Both the position numbers and the translations under genes were made by a program. Positions 1-19,998 of a DNA stretch of 64,000 bases are shown here, one piece after another; position 1 is the stretch's first letter; each line of letters begins with the position of its first letter. The notes beneath the pieces were generated by a model. The model was not told the origin of the DNA. It was given only the letters and a program-made list of their open reading frames with translations, and did no database searches. The DNA comes from the human T2T-CHM13v2.0 reference genome, Homo sapiens, in the NCBI RefSeq assembly GCF_009914755.1, contig NC_060926.1. The stretch is one strand, 5' to 3'.

Positions 1-233
1 TGCTGCAACCCCTGCCTCCTGGGTTCAAACTATTCTACCGCCTCAGCCTCCCAAGTAGCTGCGATTACAGGCATATGCCACCATGCCTGGCTAATTTTTT
101 TATTTTTATTTTTAGTAGAGACAGGGATTCACCATGTTGGCCAGGCTGGTCTTGAACTCCTGACCTTAAGTGATCCCCCCCACCTTGGCCTCCCAAAGTG
201 CTGGGATTACAGGCATGAGCCACCGTTCCCAGT
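1..233 (-). mobile_element. Alu (cut by window start)
   Basis: Reverse Alu consensus ...cctcccaaagtgctgggattacagg... Confidence 0.95.
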
Positions 234-265
234 CCCAAGTCAGGTTTCTGAAGCTACTGCCTAAT

Positions 266-641
<376 letters not shown>

Positions 642-1024
642 CTAATTATGCAAATACCCCGGCTTCTTGCTCCCTCACCATGTTAATAAACATGAGCCTC
701 TTTATTTATTTTCTCGTGTATCTAGATTCTGAATAAAGCTTTCAAATGGTAGAAACTATCATTTAACTTTATCTTCAATGTCCTAGCCTTGTGCTCTTCT
801 GTAATTTGGCTTAAGGTTCTTTTCTTACAGCAGAATTCATGGTGCAGTGAGATTATTTCTGGCATTTCACCAACTGAATCCTTTTGGACAGAATCTAAGA
901 AGCACATGTACTTATTAAATGATGCTCTAAAGTAAATACAAAAAGTTTCAAGTTACATGCAGCAAATGCTTCAAATAATAGTAAACTATATAACTACCAT
1001 AAAGCTATATATAAAATAAGAATA

Positions 1025-1335
<311 letters not shown>

Positions 1336-2512
1336 GAATAATTATAATGCAATGTACAACTATATAGCAATTAATAGTTTATTAAGTATTGCTATCACGC
1401 CATCTCTTTGCCCCTCCCAGCAGCCCTATAAGGTTAGCAAAGTAAACACTTCTCTTAACCTTTTTGAGGGTCATTTTTCTCATCTGCAAAACGGAGACAC
1501 ATGACAGGCCCCAAATCCTTGAATTGGTGAGAGAGTGAGCCTACACCAGCATCCGGGGGACCCATAGTGCTCTTCCCCTGACAGCAAAAAACAAACAAAC
1601 AAAAAACTCCCTACATCAAATTCAAAAGCTCTCTGGGAGATCAACATCCTCACACACTGAGGCACCAGTAAAAATTCACACTGTAGTCTGTAATGCAGAA
1701 ATATGGCAGGTATCTAAATCCTCAGACTCTTATCTGGCATGAGACTTTGAGGCATTTCCTCTGAGCCTCTATAAATTGAGGTTAATGCTACTTACTGAAG
1801 ATCGGAAGATTAACTAGTTAATCCTCGTAAATCTCCTTGGAATTGAAAAGTGCTAAAAAAAAATACATAACTTAAATTAGTAGCCAGAGATTTTGATCCG
1901 TCTGTCTTCAGCAGATAATATTTTCCAGTGTTATAAGAGAAGCTCAGTACCAAGTTTTCCCCTAGATAACATTATATAAGGGCAGAATTCAAGGAAAGCT
2001 TTAGTATTAATATGGGAGGAAAAGAAAATCAAAGAGAAATATTTTATTGCTGAGATTATGTCAATGAGAATCAGTACTGGAAGTCTTTGCTCATCACTGT
2101 TAATTAACAAGAACCGAACTTCTACTGGGCATATAGCCTTGAATTGCTCTTAGCTGCTCTTAGCTTAATGAAAGATTCATTGAATTTTTTAATAAATTAA
2201 ATTTTGGTACATGACAAAGACAGAGCTTCCAAAGGTATACCAAAATAGAATGGGAAATTAATGTTAGAGAAATGGGAATTCATTCTGACTCTCTTTGTAC
2301 TTTAACTGGGTTTAGCATTGGTGAAGGTCACTCAAGTTCTCTTGAGAAGCATAATGCCCTGAGATATCTGGCTGAAATTTGGTCAGATAGATTGAGATCA
2401 AAATTCAGCCCCAATTCACATTATCACAGTTGGTTTAATCTAGGAAAATACAACAGGTCAAGCCGGAGTTCAGAAATGAGAAAGAGAAGGCAGGTTACGG
2501 GAATGCCCAGAC

Positions 2513-2551
2513 CTCAAGGAAACTTCTTCAGGCTCTTGCAAAAGGCCAAGT
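2513..2551 (-). other. AP1S3: Candidate alternative stop-containing exon encoding TWPFARA*
   Basis: aaactacag|ACT TGG CCT TTT GCA AGA GCC TGA..., in phase 0 with exon 3. Putative donor GAG|gtctgg (3' boundary uncertain). Confidence 0.45.
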
Positions 2552-3279
2552 CTGTAGTTTATTTCAAAGGAAAGTACAAAAATGTGAGAATTCATTTGAA
2601 TAGTAGAAAGTATTAAATAATATGTTTGAAAACATGTTATTATACATTTGCAAATTTCTCCTTAAAAAAATGAAAATAAACTTGGTATACCAAGAGGAGA
2701 AAGAAAAGATGGTCTAGTTGTCTTATTGCTGTTATATACTGACCAACAACCTGAAATCCCTGAAGCAACATTTTAGGTCTTAACAACATCATTTACAAGG
2801 GGGAAAAAAGGGAGGGAGGAAAAATTCTTTCAGAAATCTTTCCAGTGTTCATCCTTATGAAAAGTGTTGCAACAAATCTGATAAAACGTGTTCAATATTG
2901 CAAATACTGCTCATTCCATTAAAGAGAATAACAACAACAAAAAAAAACTCTTCTGGAAGCAAATTATCCTAACACTTAACAAAAACTTCAGTGAGTAAGG
3001 GAATAGGGAAGAGGGTATTATGAGAAGAAAACATTTTCCAAATCCAATGATTTATTTCTTGAAACTGTGAAATGGATTAAATGTTTTTGGAACATTTGCT
3101 ATCAAGTCTGGCCCACAGCTGGTTACAAGTTAAGCGGTGGGGGGATAAAATGAGTCACAAAGCATTGGTCTCAAGAGAATTGCAATTTGGTGGTCAAGCA
3201 AATCGGGTGCCAGTTAGGGACACTCCAAGGTCATTTCTTGTTGCTGGAGAACTGTCAGGTATATAAAAAGGGAAATGTA

Positions 3280-3649
<370 letters not shown>

Positions 3650-3699
3650 TTAAACAACAGGCTGGGGGGGTTGATTTTATTTATTGTACATGATGGAAA

Positions 3700-4520
3700 G
3701 TGGCTGTGAAGGAATGCCACACCTATATCTGGTTTTTTTAAGGAAGATGGTAACTAATAGGGCAAGAGGGCGAACAGAGAAAAGCTCAGAGGCATAAAAA
3801 GCCAGGTAAGATGTTTAAGAGAAAAGCAAAATTGAAATCCCAAGTGAACCTATATTAGTGAGAGTGGAAAGAAGGAAATGAATGTCAGCCCAATTTGAAT
3901 AGACAGAGGCAGATTCTGGTAAAGCATAGAAAAAGACAAAACAAGCTGCATCCTTTTGCACTGAAGGATCCTGGAACATAACAAATTCCAATCACAAGAC
4001 AGAACGGATTTTCAGTAGATGAGTTTGGTTCTGGGCCATGAGAAGCCCAGTGAAGACTGTCACCAACAAGGGGAAGAAGAGTCAATTAGTAAGGGATTTC
4101 CAGGACGGAGCATCAGTACACACAGAGTTAGGAAGAGATGAGGGCATTTAGGGCTGGGCAGAGGAAGGGAGCTGAGTGGAAGAAAACAAGGAGGCGCCTT
4201 CAGAAATAACAGGACAAGAGTCAGCAGAAATCAATGTCATGGCAAAATCAAGAAGGGCGAATTTAAAGAAAGCGTCATGGTGAGCAAGGGTCCAGTGCTG
4301 CAGCGAGAAGCAGGTGAAAGCAGGTGAAGACTCAAGAGGAATCGCTGGTGTCAACCCGCAGGAGGGTTCAATGGTAACTTGCTGATTTCCCTGCAGAGTA
4401 AAGATGGACCCATGCTGTAAGCACTGCCGAGTGAATGAGTTCTGAGGACTGGAGCACCTAGCATAGTACATCACTTGGCAGAAAATGCAAAAAGATTATT
4501 GCATAGCAATGTGAAGGAAA
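3700..4520 (-). mobile_element. Degraded L2-like LINE fragment
   Basis: Purine-rich plus strand with L2-like motifs (tgctgcagcgagaag...gaagactcaagag). Recognised from memory. Confidence 0.45.
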
Positions 4521-4768
4521 AGGATTTGGGTTTTTTGTTTGTTGCTATTTTTCTTATGCATAAATAATTAAGAATACTTATAGCTTAGAAAAAAAGCCAG
4601 AGAAAGGATAAAAAGTCAAAACAGAAAAGAGACGACAAAGCCAATGAAGAATAAAGAACAGAATATCAAGAAATCCTTCACAGTTAAATTCTGGTTCACT
4701 GAAATAAGGTCTCTGGTGTATTTGTGGTATGAAGATAAAGATACATCCACCTCTTGAGAGCTTTGGGT

Positions 4769-4905
4769 GGCCGGGCACGGTAGCTCATGCCTATAATCCT
4801 AGCTCTTTGGGAAGCTGAGGTGGGAGAATTGCTTGAGGCCAAGAGTTCAAGACCCACCTGGGCAACATAGCGGGACTCCATATCTATTTAAAAAGAAAAA
4901 AGGAA
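4769..4905 (+). mobile_element. Alu left monomer (FLAM-like)
   Basis: Monomer with A tail; TSD agctttgggt on both sides. Confidence 0.92.
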
Positions 4906-5110
4906 AGCTTTGGGTCTTTCATTTACTAAGAATTATAGGTAGGGAGAAAAATCTTGTATTCTAATCTTAGGGGGACTAAGGTGATCTTCGGTTCAAGTTC
5001 AATTCATATTTTAGATGTGACAGAGAGAAGGGATGTGACCAGAGACAGAACTGAAGTAAGAGCTGAGATGGGGACTGTAGCTAATCCTAACCGACAAGGA
5101 CAACACTTAC

Positions 5111-5219
5111 ATTTCCAAAATATTTGTCCAGCAGCTCCACGTAACGATGCACAATCTCTAGCGTCAAGAGCTCATTGTCCTGATTTTCTATTGCACAGCA
5201 AAAATATAAACTAGCATAC
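5111..5219 (-). CDS. AP1S3: AP-1 complex subunit sigma-1C, coding exon 3 (aa 61-97)
   Basis: ttcatttcaag|G TAT GCT AGT... = (R)[36 protein letters not shown]|gtaagt. Phase matches exon 2 (AG+G = Arg). Contained within ORF 5087..5329. Confidence 0.97.
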
Positions 5220-5984
5220 CTTGAAATGAAAAATAACAAAAGCAAAATATGACAATACATTAAGCAACCTGGAGACAGTTTTTCCCACGAATATGCAGTC
5301 ACCTCCTCCCCCGCCGAGCCTCTCCTCATCCAAGAATGAAATCATTATTCATCACCCCCAATAGCCTCCTGAAATATAAATCAGAATATATGAAAATTCT
5401 GTGGGGGTTGGATTACTTCCATTAATTACGCATGAAAGACTCTCAACAAAATTTTACCTTGAAGAGCTATTATCAGGAGGACAGTATCCTTTCGCTCTTG
5501 GTAATCAGGGTGTCTTCACACCCCTCTCCAGCTTGTCAATTGTTTTTTGTAAAATAGAAAGCCCTGACCAGTGCTGTCAGGAGCCCACGCTCCCCACCCT
5601 CCCACTTCACAATGGGCTTCAGTCATTCTGTGTGAGCCTCCCTCCTCAATTTGTCAAACTCCAACCTTGGGCCCAGCAGAAGGAGCTTTGCAGGCACTTG
5701 CTGGTAATTTACTCCATTGAATATCAATCTGTGAAGGTTGCCTCTGTTTTTCCCAACGAGCTTTATAAACACCCTTTGCAAGAGCATATCTAAGGATCAT
5801 AACTCCTTCCGGGAGTTGCAGTAGGGTGTTGGATGCAGGGTCAGGTCAGCTGTGTTCTGTTCCTGGCTTAGGCATCAATTACCTGGGTCTCCAAGGGCAA
5901 AATTATGTTACCTCTCAGGCTTAGTTATCTCATCTATAAATTGAGGGTCCTTTCTAGTATGGTCTTGCCATGGCAAGCAGATAT

Positions 5985-6618
<634 letters not shown>

Positions 6619-6900
6619 AGAACAATGCCAGGAATGTAACAGGTGTTCATACCACTTTTCTTGAATGCATGCGTGCACTATCAAGGTGTAGTTTATTTAC
6701 CTAGAATCCATCCTGGCACCTAGAATTTCTTTCAATAAAATGAGAGTTCTTTTCTAGTTAGTCTATTGGTACAAATATCTGGGCCCCAGCCTTCAAAGAT
6801 TTCAGTAAATGATGGAATTGGTATAGCAATCTAAAATGTTCAGGATTAGAACAAACCAAAGTAAGACTGAGAAATTGAGCTCTCAAAAAGTTACTCACAC

Positions 6901-7079
6901 CTTTTATAAACAAGTTTTAGCTCCTTCCAGTCAACAAAACTGCTTGTCCTGTGACCACGGGAGAGAATAATCTGAACAATTTCCCGGGTGATCTTCTTCC
7001 TCTCTTTATCAGGGAGAGTGATGTACCATTTCTGTAGCCGTAATTTCCCTTGTCGACTGAAGAGCAATATGAAATGTAT
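6901..7079 (-). CDS. AP1S3: AP-1 complex subunit sigma-1C, coding exon 2 (aa 2-61)
   Basis: Minus strand reads ctttgttctag|ATA CAT TTC ATA TTG... = [59 protein letters not shown](R), ending AAA AG|gtgtga. This is the sigma-adaptin N-terminus, with AP1S3-type residues. Confidence 0.97.
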
Positions 7080-7243
7080 CTAGAACAAAGGACACAAAAA
7101 ACAGAACCTGATCAACCAAGTCACTCTGCCGTTCTGCAAAGACACTGAAATTCAATGATGGATTTACACAGAAAGATAATTCTGAACGGATGAAAAAATT
7201 CTTACCAGCATGAAAACTATCTCATCTGACAAATTATATTTAA

Positions 7244-7651
<408 letters not shown>

Positions 7652-7906
7652 TAAGTGTTATAAACACACATAGGGAAAAATAATCAAGAAAGTAGTAGTA
7701 CTTCTGTTTTTAAAACATTAATTTCTTCCTTTACAAGACAAAAAAAAAGTGTTAAGAACAACAGAAGGATTTACTTTAAAAATTATATTCCGGCACCAAT
7801 ATTTAACTATAGAAACATAATGATAATATAGAAATAAAGGGGACAAGGAAAGGAAGTGAGGCTGAAGCAAGGGGAACGAGAAAATGAGAAGCTGTCTTAA
7901 ATGTAA

Positions 7907-8207
<301 letters not shown>

Positions 8208-8480
8208 CTTAAATGTAAGCTCTTTTCTCCATTTTGCACGCTACTTGGCTGAGAGCTTTAGAATCAACCATCTCAAGTTACAATTGTCTTTGGCATCACC
8301 ATAGACTCTTAACAATTTAGACAGTATATTGGCTACACTAGGAAGCAACCTGATTTTATTTTCAAATAAGTTCTGAAATGTGTATTTGAAATAATGGTAA
8401 TGAATTTTAAAAGATTTAAATAAGCAGAAGACATTAGAACATCTGGAAATTTACTTGAAAACCTTGGAAGGTACAGTATT

Positions 8481-9190
<710 letters not shown>

Positions 9191-9250
9191 AAGATTCAAC
9201 TCTATTGAAAAGGCTGAGGCCTAAAATGCCACGACATAAATCATTACAAC

Positions 9251-9264
9251 CCACTAGGTGGCGA
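9251..9264 (+). promoter_or_regulatory. CTCF core motif
   Basis: CCACTAGGTGGCGA closely matches the consensus CCASYAGRKGGCRS; lies outside the flanking Alus. Confidence 0.6.
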
Positions 9265-9374
9265 TATCTGAGGGTCCAATGAAACCATGCTTTTTACTCA
9301 GATCTTCCACTAACCACCTCCCCCGGCTGCCTCACCACCACCCCCTGGCCCCAGCCTACAGAATTTGAGGTCTT

Positions 9375-10452
<1,078 letters not shown>

Positions 10453-10656
10453 AATAGGTAATCTTCTTAGAAAAGAAACATCCGTTATAATAATGATATG
10501 AGGCCCAAGACATCACAGGTGATGAGAAACCAATTTAAAAACCCTCCTCATCAGCAGCTTTAAAAAAAATCACCTTCAGTCTGGAATTTTAACACAGCAT
10601 TTTTTTTTTTAGTATCTGTTTCACTATAACACAGGTATAAACAATTCAATAATCTT

Positions 10657-10810
10657 GGCCAGGTGTGGTGGCTCACGCTTGTAATCCTGGCACTTTGGAA
10701 GGCTGAGGAAGGAGGATTGCTTGAGCCCAGGAGTTTGAGAGTAGCCTGGGAAACATAGCAAGACCCCATATCTATTTAAAATAACAATAAATAATAATAA
10801 TAATAATCAA
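10657..10810 (+). mobile_element. Alu left monomer
   Basis: Monomer with (AAT)n tail. Confidence 0.9.
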
Positions 10811-11039
10811 ATTCAATAATCAAACACTACCTTCTGAGAATTCTATTCAGAAGGGTATTTTTGCTTCCAAGAAGAGATCATAAAAGTGACTGACACTCTA
10901 CGAGCATAAAATAGAATGGTTATAGGAACACAAAGAATAGGGCTCAGCATTGCATCATCACGGTGCGTAAGATTATTCAATCCAATGCCTAGTGAACAGT
11001 TCCATTTTTACTGGGAAAATGAAGTCCACACATTTGCCT

Positions 11040-11730
<691 letters not shown>

Positions 11731-13916
11731 ATGCTTTTCTAGTTGGTCTGCAGGTCAAACTTATCTCAGGATCAGGTGTCTGCCTTCTTAAACAAGAATC
11801 AACAATGCAGAACAACGAACAAAGAGCAATGTTTCATTCTAACAACAAATTCAAGGAGAAAGGATGATCAGGAAAAGAATACATCCATTAAGCCCATATG
11901 AAATGCAAATATGCATTCCAAACTCAAAAACAGCAACAAATAGATTCAAGCTTATCCAATAATTGCATTGCATGAGGCAGTGTTGGAAGATTTAGCCCCC
12001 TCACGTTCTGCTCTGCTTGAGAACTGAGCTTGTGTTGTCGTGTCTGTCACCTCTCCAGATTTAATGAGGTAGCTGGAACAAACTGGCAGAATGAATTGTA
12101 ATGATTCACAAGAGTTCATCACCTCCAGCAATTAATTTTATACAATTTATCAGTTTAGTCATTCAGGGCACATTTGAATAATACTCTTCAAAAGGTTAAT
12201 AAAAAATACCATTTTTGATTAATATTCGCTTGAGAGTAGGAAAAAAAAGGCATGGGAAGACTTTTTCAATATTTGCCAAGAGCCAACTTAAATGCAAGTT
12301 GATGTCATAAACAAGTTCATCTGACTTCAGAAAACAACACTCTAGCATTCCCTTTCAATAATATTGTTGGGACAAAAGGAACAATGGAGGGACTCTCCCA
12401 GGAGACACCAACTTCAGCAACAGCTGTAACATCCAGGGAGGCGTGGTGACTTCTTACACTTGGCCCAAATGCTTGGAACCAGGTGGGCACCTGGTTCCAC
12501 CAAGAACTCCATCCCCACCTCCAAAGGGGCAACTTCTGCCAGCCGCCATTTTGAGAGGTCTCACTTGTTAACAGATTATCCTTCAAACCCAAAGACATCA
12601 GGTGATTCCAGCTTTCTTTGTCCTCAGAGTGCCTACTAGAGCAATCCTTGATCTAATTGGGCACAGTCCCAAATTCTTATTTAGACTCAGAACGCAAACT
12701 TCTATGGGCGTTTTCTAATCTCTTTCTGAAGCATGTTCTGGGGACACTGTTAGTCCTCCGAGGGAAGCACGAAGCGCAGCAGCACCAGTCTGCTGAGTCT
12801 GCGCCCTGGCCGGTGTCCGCATCTTCCTTCTAGGTGAAGAGGAACCCTGAAGGCTTCCAGTAGCAGCTTTGGTTCACATCTCCCTGCTCTTGACCTGGAT
12901 CCATGAAATGGACCCACAGCCAGCTTCCAAGAAGAGAGACATCCAGGACCCTTACCTGTCCCCAGTATTGTCACATTCCAAACACCAGCCTTTCCGGACT
13001 AGCTCGTATCTCAGGACCTGAGCTGCTCAGACAAATACTCAGGCTGTGATTGGCCCATGGTTCTGAAGCCTGTTACAGTATGTTTAGGGGCTATTACCAC
13101 CTTATTTACAGCAATCTGTGCTCTAACACAGGTTCAACCAACCCGACAGGCCCTCCTCCGGTGGCCCAGATGATGACCCATCCCTTAACGCCACTGCTCT
13201 GATCCTTACTTCCTCAGCCCTTTTTCCCACCTCTACAGCCACTCTGCAAATTCCCAAACCCGATCAGCCCATCCACTCTCATCTTTGCTTTTATATGAAG
13301 GTCTCCAGGCACCCCTGAGAAAAATCAAAGAGGGCTTTGCAAATTGGTGCCACCGTTAAGGTCTGATGACCAAGCTCAGCTGAATCTCCAGTAGTACTCG
13401 GAGACCCTCCACGTACCTCTCAATACAAAGGATTTCCAAGCACCTTTCCCTTTGATCCCCCACGTGGGTCATTTCATATCACCACCATGCCCCCATATTC
13501 CCAGTCTCCATCCTCACTCCCTGACTCTGAGGAGAGGATAAAAGCCATGCTGGGGACTCCCTTGGCTCCTCCCAACCTGCATACCTGTGTGCACAGACTT
13601 GTCACACCCACCCCCCAACACGATGTATTTTCTTCCTGCATCAGAGAGCACAACACTTCTCATGTGCTGGCTTTCAACCCTCACCTACCTCTTTGAGAGC
13701 ACGGCATCGTCACTCCCACACTACCAGGCTGTGCCCCCTCTTCTGGGGCTCCTCACCTGCAAATGCTGAATAACCCAAGTCTCTCTCATCTTTAAAAAAC
13801 AACCACCCACCCCCAGACCTCCAACTCTCCTGAAAAGTGACTCAGCAGTAAGTGTCAAGAGTCCTATAAGTGCCCATATCTTTGGTTTCAGTAATTCTGC
13901 TTTTAAAATCTGTCTT

Positions 13917-14569
<653 letters not shown>

Positions 14570-14899
14570 TTATATTGTGTGTGTAGTATAAGAAAAATGT
14601 AAAACTATTCTTGCAAAAAAAGATTACATGAAAGAAATACACTAAATTGTTATAGTGGTTATCTTACAACAGTGGAATTATAAATGTTATTTTCTTCTTT
14701 GTACTTGTCTGGATTTTCCAAAATTCATATGTATGATTCTATAATTAGAAAAAAATGCTTAATAAAAAGAATATCAGTGAGTTCAATAAAAATCCATCAA
14801 CATTCTATCTGAAGGTCTAATACTAAGTAAATGCCAAAGTTCTTTCAACAAATAAAACTTTAGCTCAAAGAGATGGCACATTACTCAGGTGACCCTGCA

Positions 14900-15340
14900 G
14901 TAATGGCAAAAAGAATGGCAGACTGTGTGGCTGCCAGTGGCTGTGGCAGTGTGTTGGGGAGGGATGAATAGGTGGAGGACAGAGGATTTTAGGGGAGTGC
15001 AAATAGTCAGTATGATACTATAATGGTGGATCCGTGTCATTATAAATTTGTCCAAACTGATAGAATGTCCAACACCAACAATGAATTCTACATGTAACAA
15101 ACTCACACCTGTACTCCCTGAATCTAAAATATAGTTGAAATTACAAAACAAAAAATAAATTAATTACAGAGAGGAGTCAGTATAGGCTCATCAGTTGCAG
15201 CAGGTGTACTACTCTGGTAGGGGACGTTGATAATGGGAGAGACTCTACATGTGTTGGGGCAGGAGGTATATGAGAGATCTCATACCTTCCACTCAATTTT
15301 GTTGTGAACTTAACACTGCTCTAAAAAAATTAAGTCTTAA
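14900..15340 (+). mobile_element. L1MC-like 3' end with a short younger L1 3' fragment inserted (~15092-15160)
   Basis: gggatgaataggtggaggacagaggatttt...tatgatactataatggtggat...ttgtgaacttaacactgctctaaaaaaat. Confidence 0.75.
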
Positions 15341-15672
15341 GAAATGTAAGAACTGTGTAACCGAAGTATCTCCTAGCTACACAACTAAGATGACAATTAC
15401 ATATGCATAGCGAAAACAATCATAGGTAAGGATCATTACAAAATGATCATCGTTGCCTTGTTAAGATGGAGGAGCCCTAATAACTATTTTTCTTTAATTT
15501 CAAAGCAATGTCATTTCATTCTGGCAATAAACTGAAGAAAGTGAAAGGGCAAGAAAGTGCGAACCTACAGTTTAGGTTTCATTCACATTAACTAGAGCAT
15601 TGTTTTTACAGCAGGTGCGATCCAGTGGGTTATAAAACAAACTTAGTAGATCGTAATCAACATAATAAAACA

Positions 15673-16546
<874 letters not shown>

Positions 16547-17167
16547 AGAAGAAATATTTATAGACATCTGCAACACTCCTGGGTCTCAACCCTTCAGAGT
16601 GTGCAAAGCCATATGTCTTCATTTAAGAGAGAAAGGTGTTCTTGAGTTAAGAAGGTTGACAGAAATCTTCAAACAAACTTTGGAAGACAGAGACAGAAAT
16701 GAGATGAAAGATTTAGCAAAATAGGGGAATTTGTCACTGAAAGGGTGAATTCCCAAGAGAAACCAGATAGGTCTCCCCATAGAATGCCTGAGAGCAATAC
16801 TTGGGGGCACCATGTCCCTAGAAGACAAGGGATAAGGCAGAGTTCTGAAAGCAGGGAGAGTGGTTGAAAGTCTCCCTATCGAGTAACTGACATGTGCCAC
16901 ATGCAGATTTCTAGAGACTACAGCTAAGTGAAAACGCACATGCATATGCAACACACACACACACACAAACTACACCATACGATAAGTTTCCAATTGCTTC
17001 ATCCAAGGGTACAGAAATTTAGGAACTCCATGCAGTTGGAGAACCTCTTAGCACAGCTTGCTCCGGCCCCCAGAGTCAGTAACCTCCCAAGCAGGGGCTG
17101 CTGACACTGTCCACACAAAGCAGGGTATTACCTAATCTGAGAAGCTCCAATGTAAATGCCACAGTTC

Positions 17168-18032
<865 letters not shown>

Positions 18033-18419
18033 CTAAACCTAATTCAGAGCCTGAAAAGCTATGTATGTAAGGTTTCTGAACTTCCATCTCTAGCTTTGTC
18101 ATACAGAAAAACCCATCTCTTAATTCAAGAGACTGAATGATTCTTCCCTGAAGACACTAAATGACAGAGAAAAGACCTTTAGGTACTAACAATGAAGCCT
18201 CCAGTCAACCTGTCTATGCCCTCAGAACTGCCTGTCAGCATTTTAAGCACCCTGCTTCTAACTATGAGTAGAGGACAAGAGTCCCAGGCATTTGAAAATA
18301 GCCTGTGCCAAGAAAGAGACAGAAAAGAACAAATAGGAAAAAAAAAACACTGGATACAGTAACAAATCACAGAGCTGAACAAATTGCTACACACACATAC
18401 ACACATACACACACACAGA

Positions 18420-19732
<1,313 letters not shown>

Positions 19733-19854
19733 TAATCGTTTGATTTTACCTAATGTAGTTTTTTTTCAACCTGTACAGGTTCATAGAATAAGGATGTCAT
19801 TAGTCTACTGGCCTGTAGGTAGAGTAATACACTTTAATATATGTCCTGAAAGAT

Positions 19855-19998
19855 AGTATATATTTATGGTATAAAATGTGATTTTTACACACATATGTTA
19901 TAAAGTGATTACCACAATCAAGCTAATTAGCATATCCATCACCTCACATAGTTAAAAATCTGTGTGTGTGTGTTGTGACAACATTTAAGATCTACTTT
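19855..19998 (-). mobile_element. L1MA-like 3' end, left part (resumes at 22880-22995)
   Basis: caagctaattagcatatccatcacctcacatagtt...aagatctact, continuing after the inserted L1 as tcaagtatataataca...gtaccctttgaccaacatctccc. Confidence 0.8.

Noticed and set aside
2272-2616. 114-aa non-repeat plus-strand ORF
   Set aside because: No recognisable homology or promoter; length is within chance expectation.
5087-5329. 80-aa ORF as a standalone gene
   Set aside because: It is AP1S3 exon 3 plus intronic read-through.
11895-11916. Octamer ATGCAAAT with adjacent ATGCAT (also octamers at 648 and 30256)
   Set aside because: A few octamers are expected by chance in 64 kb of AT-rich DNA; no other support.
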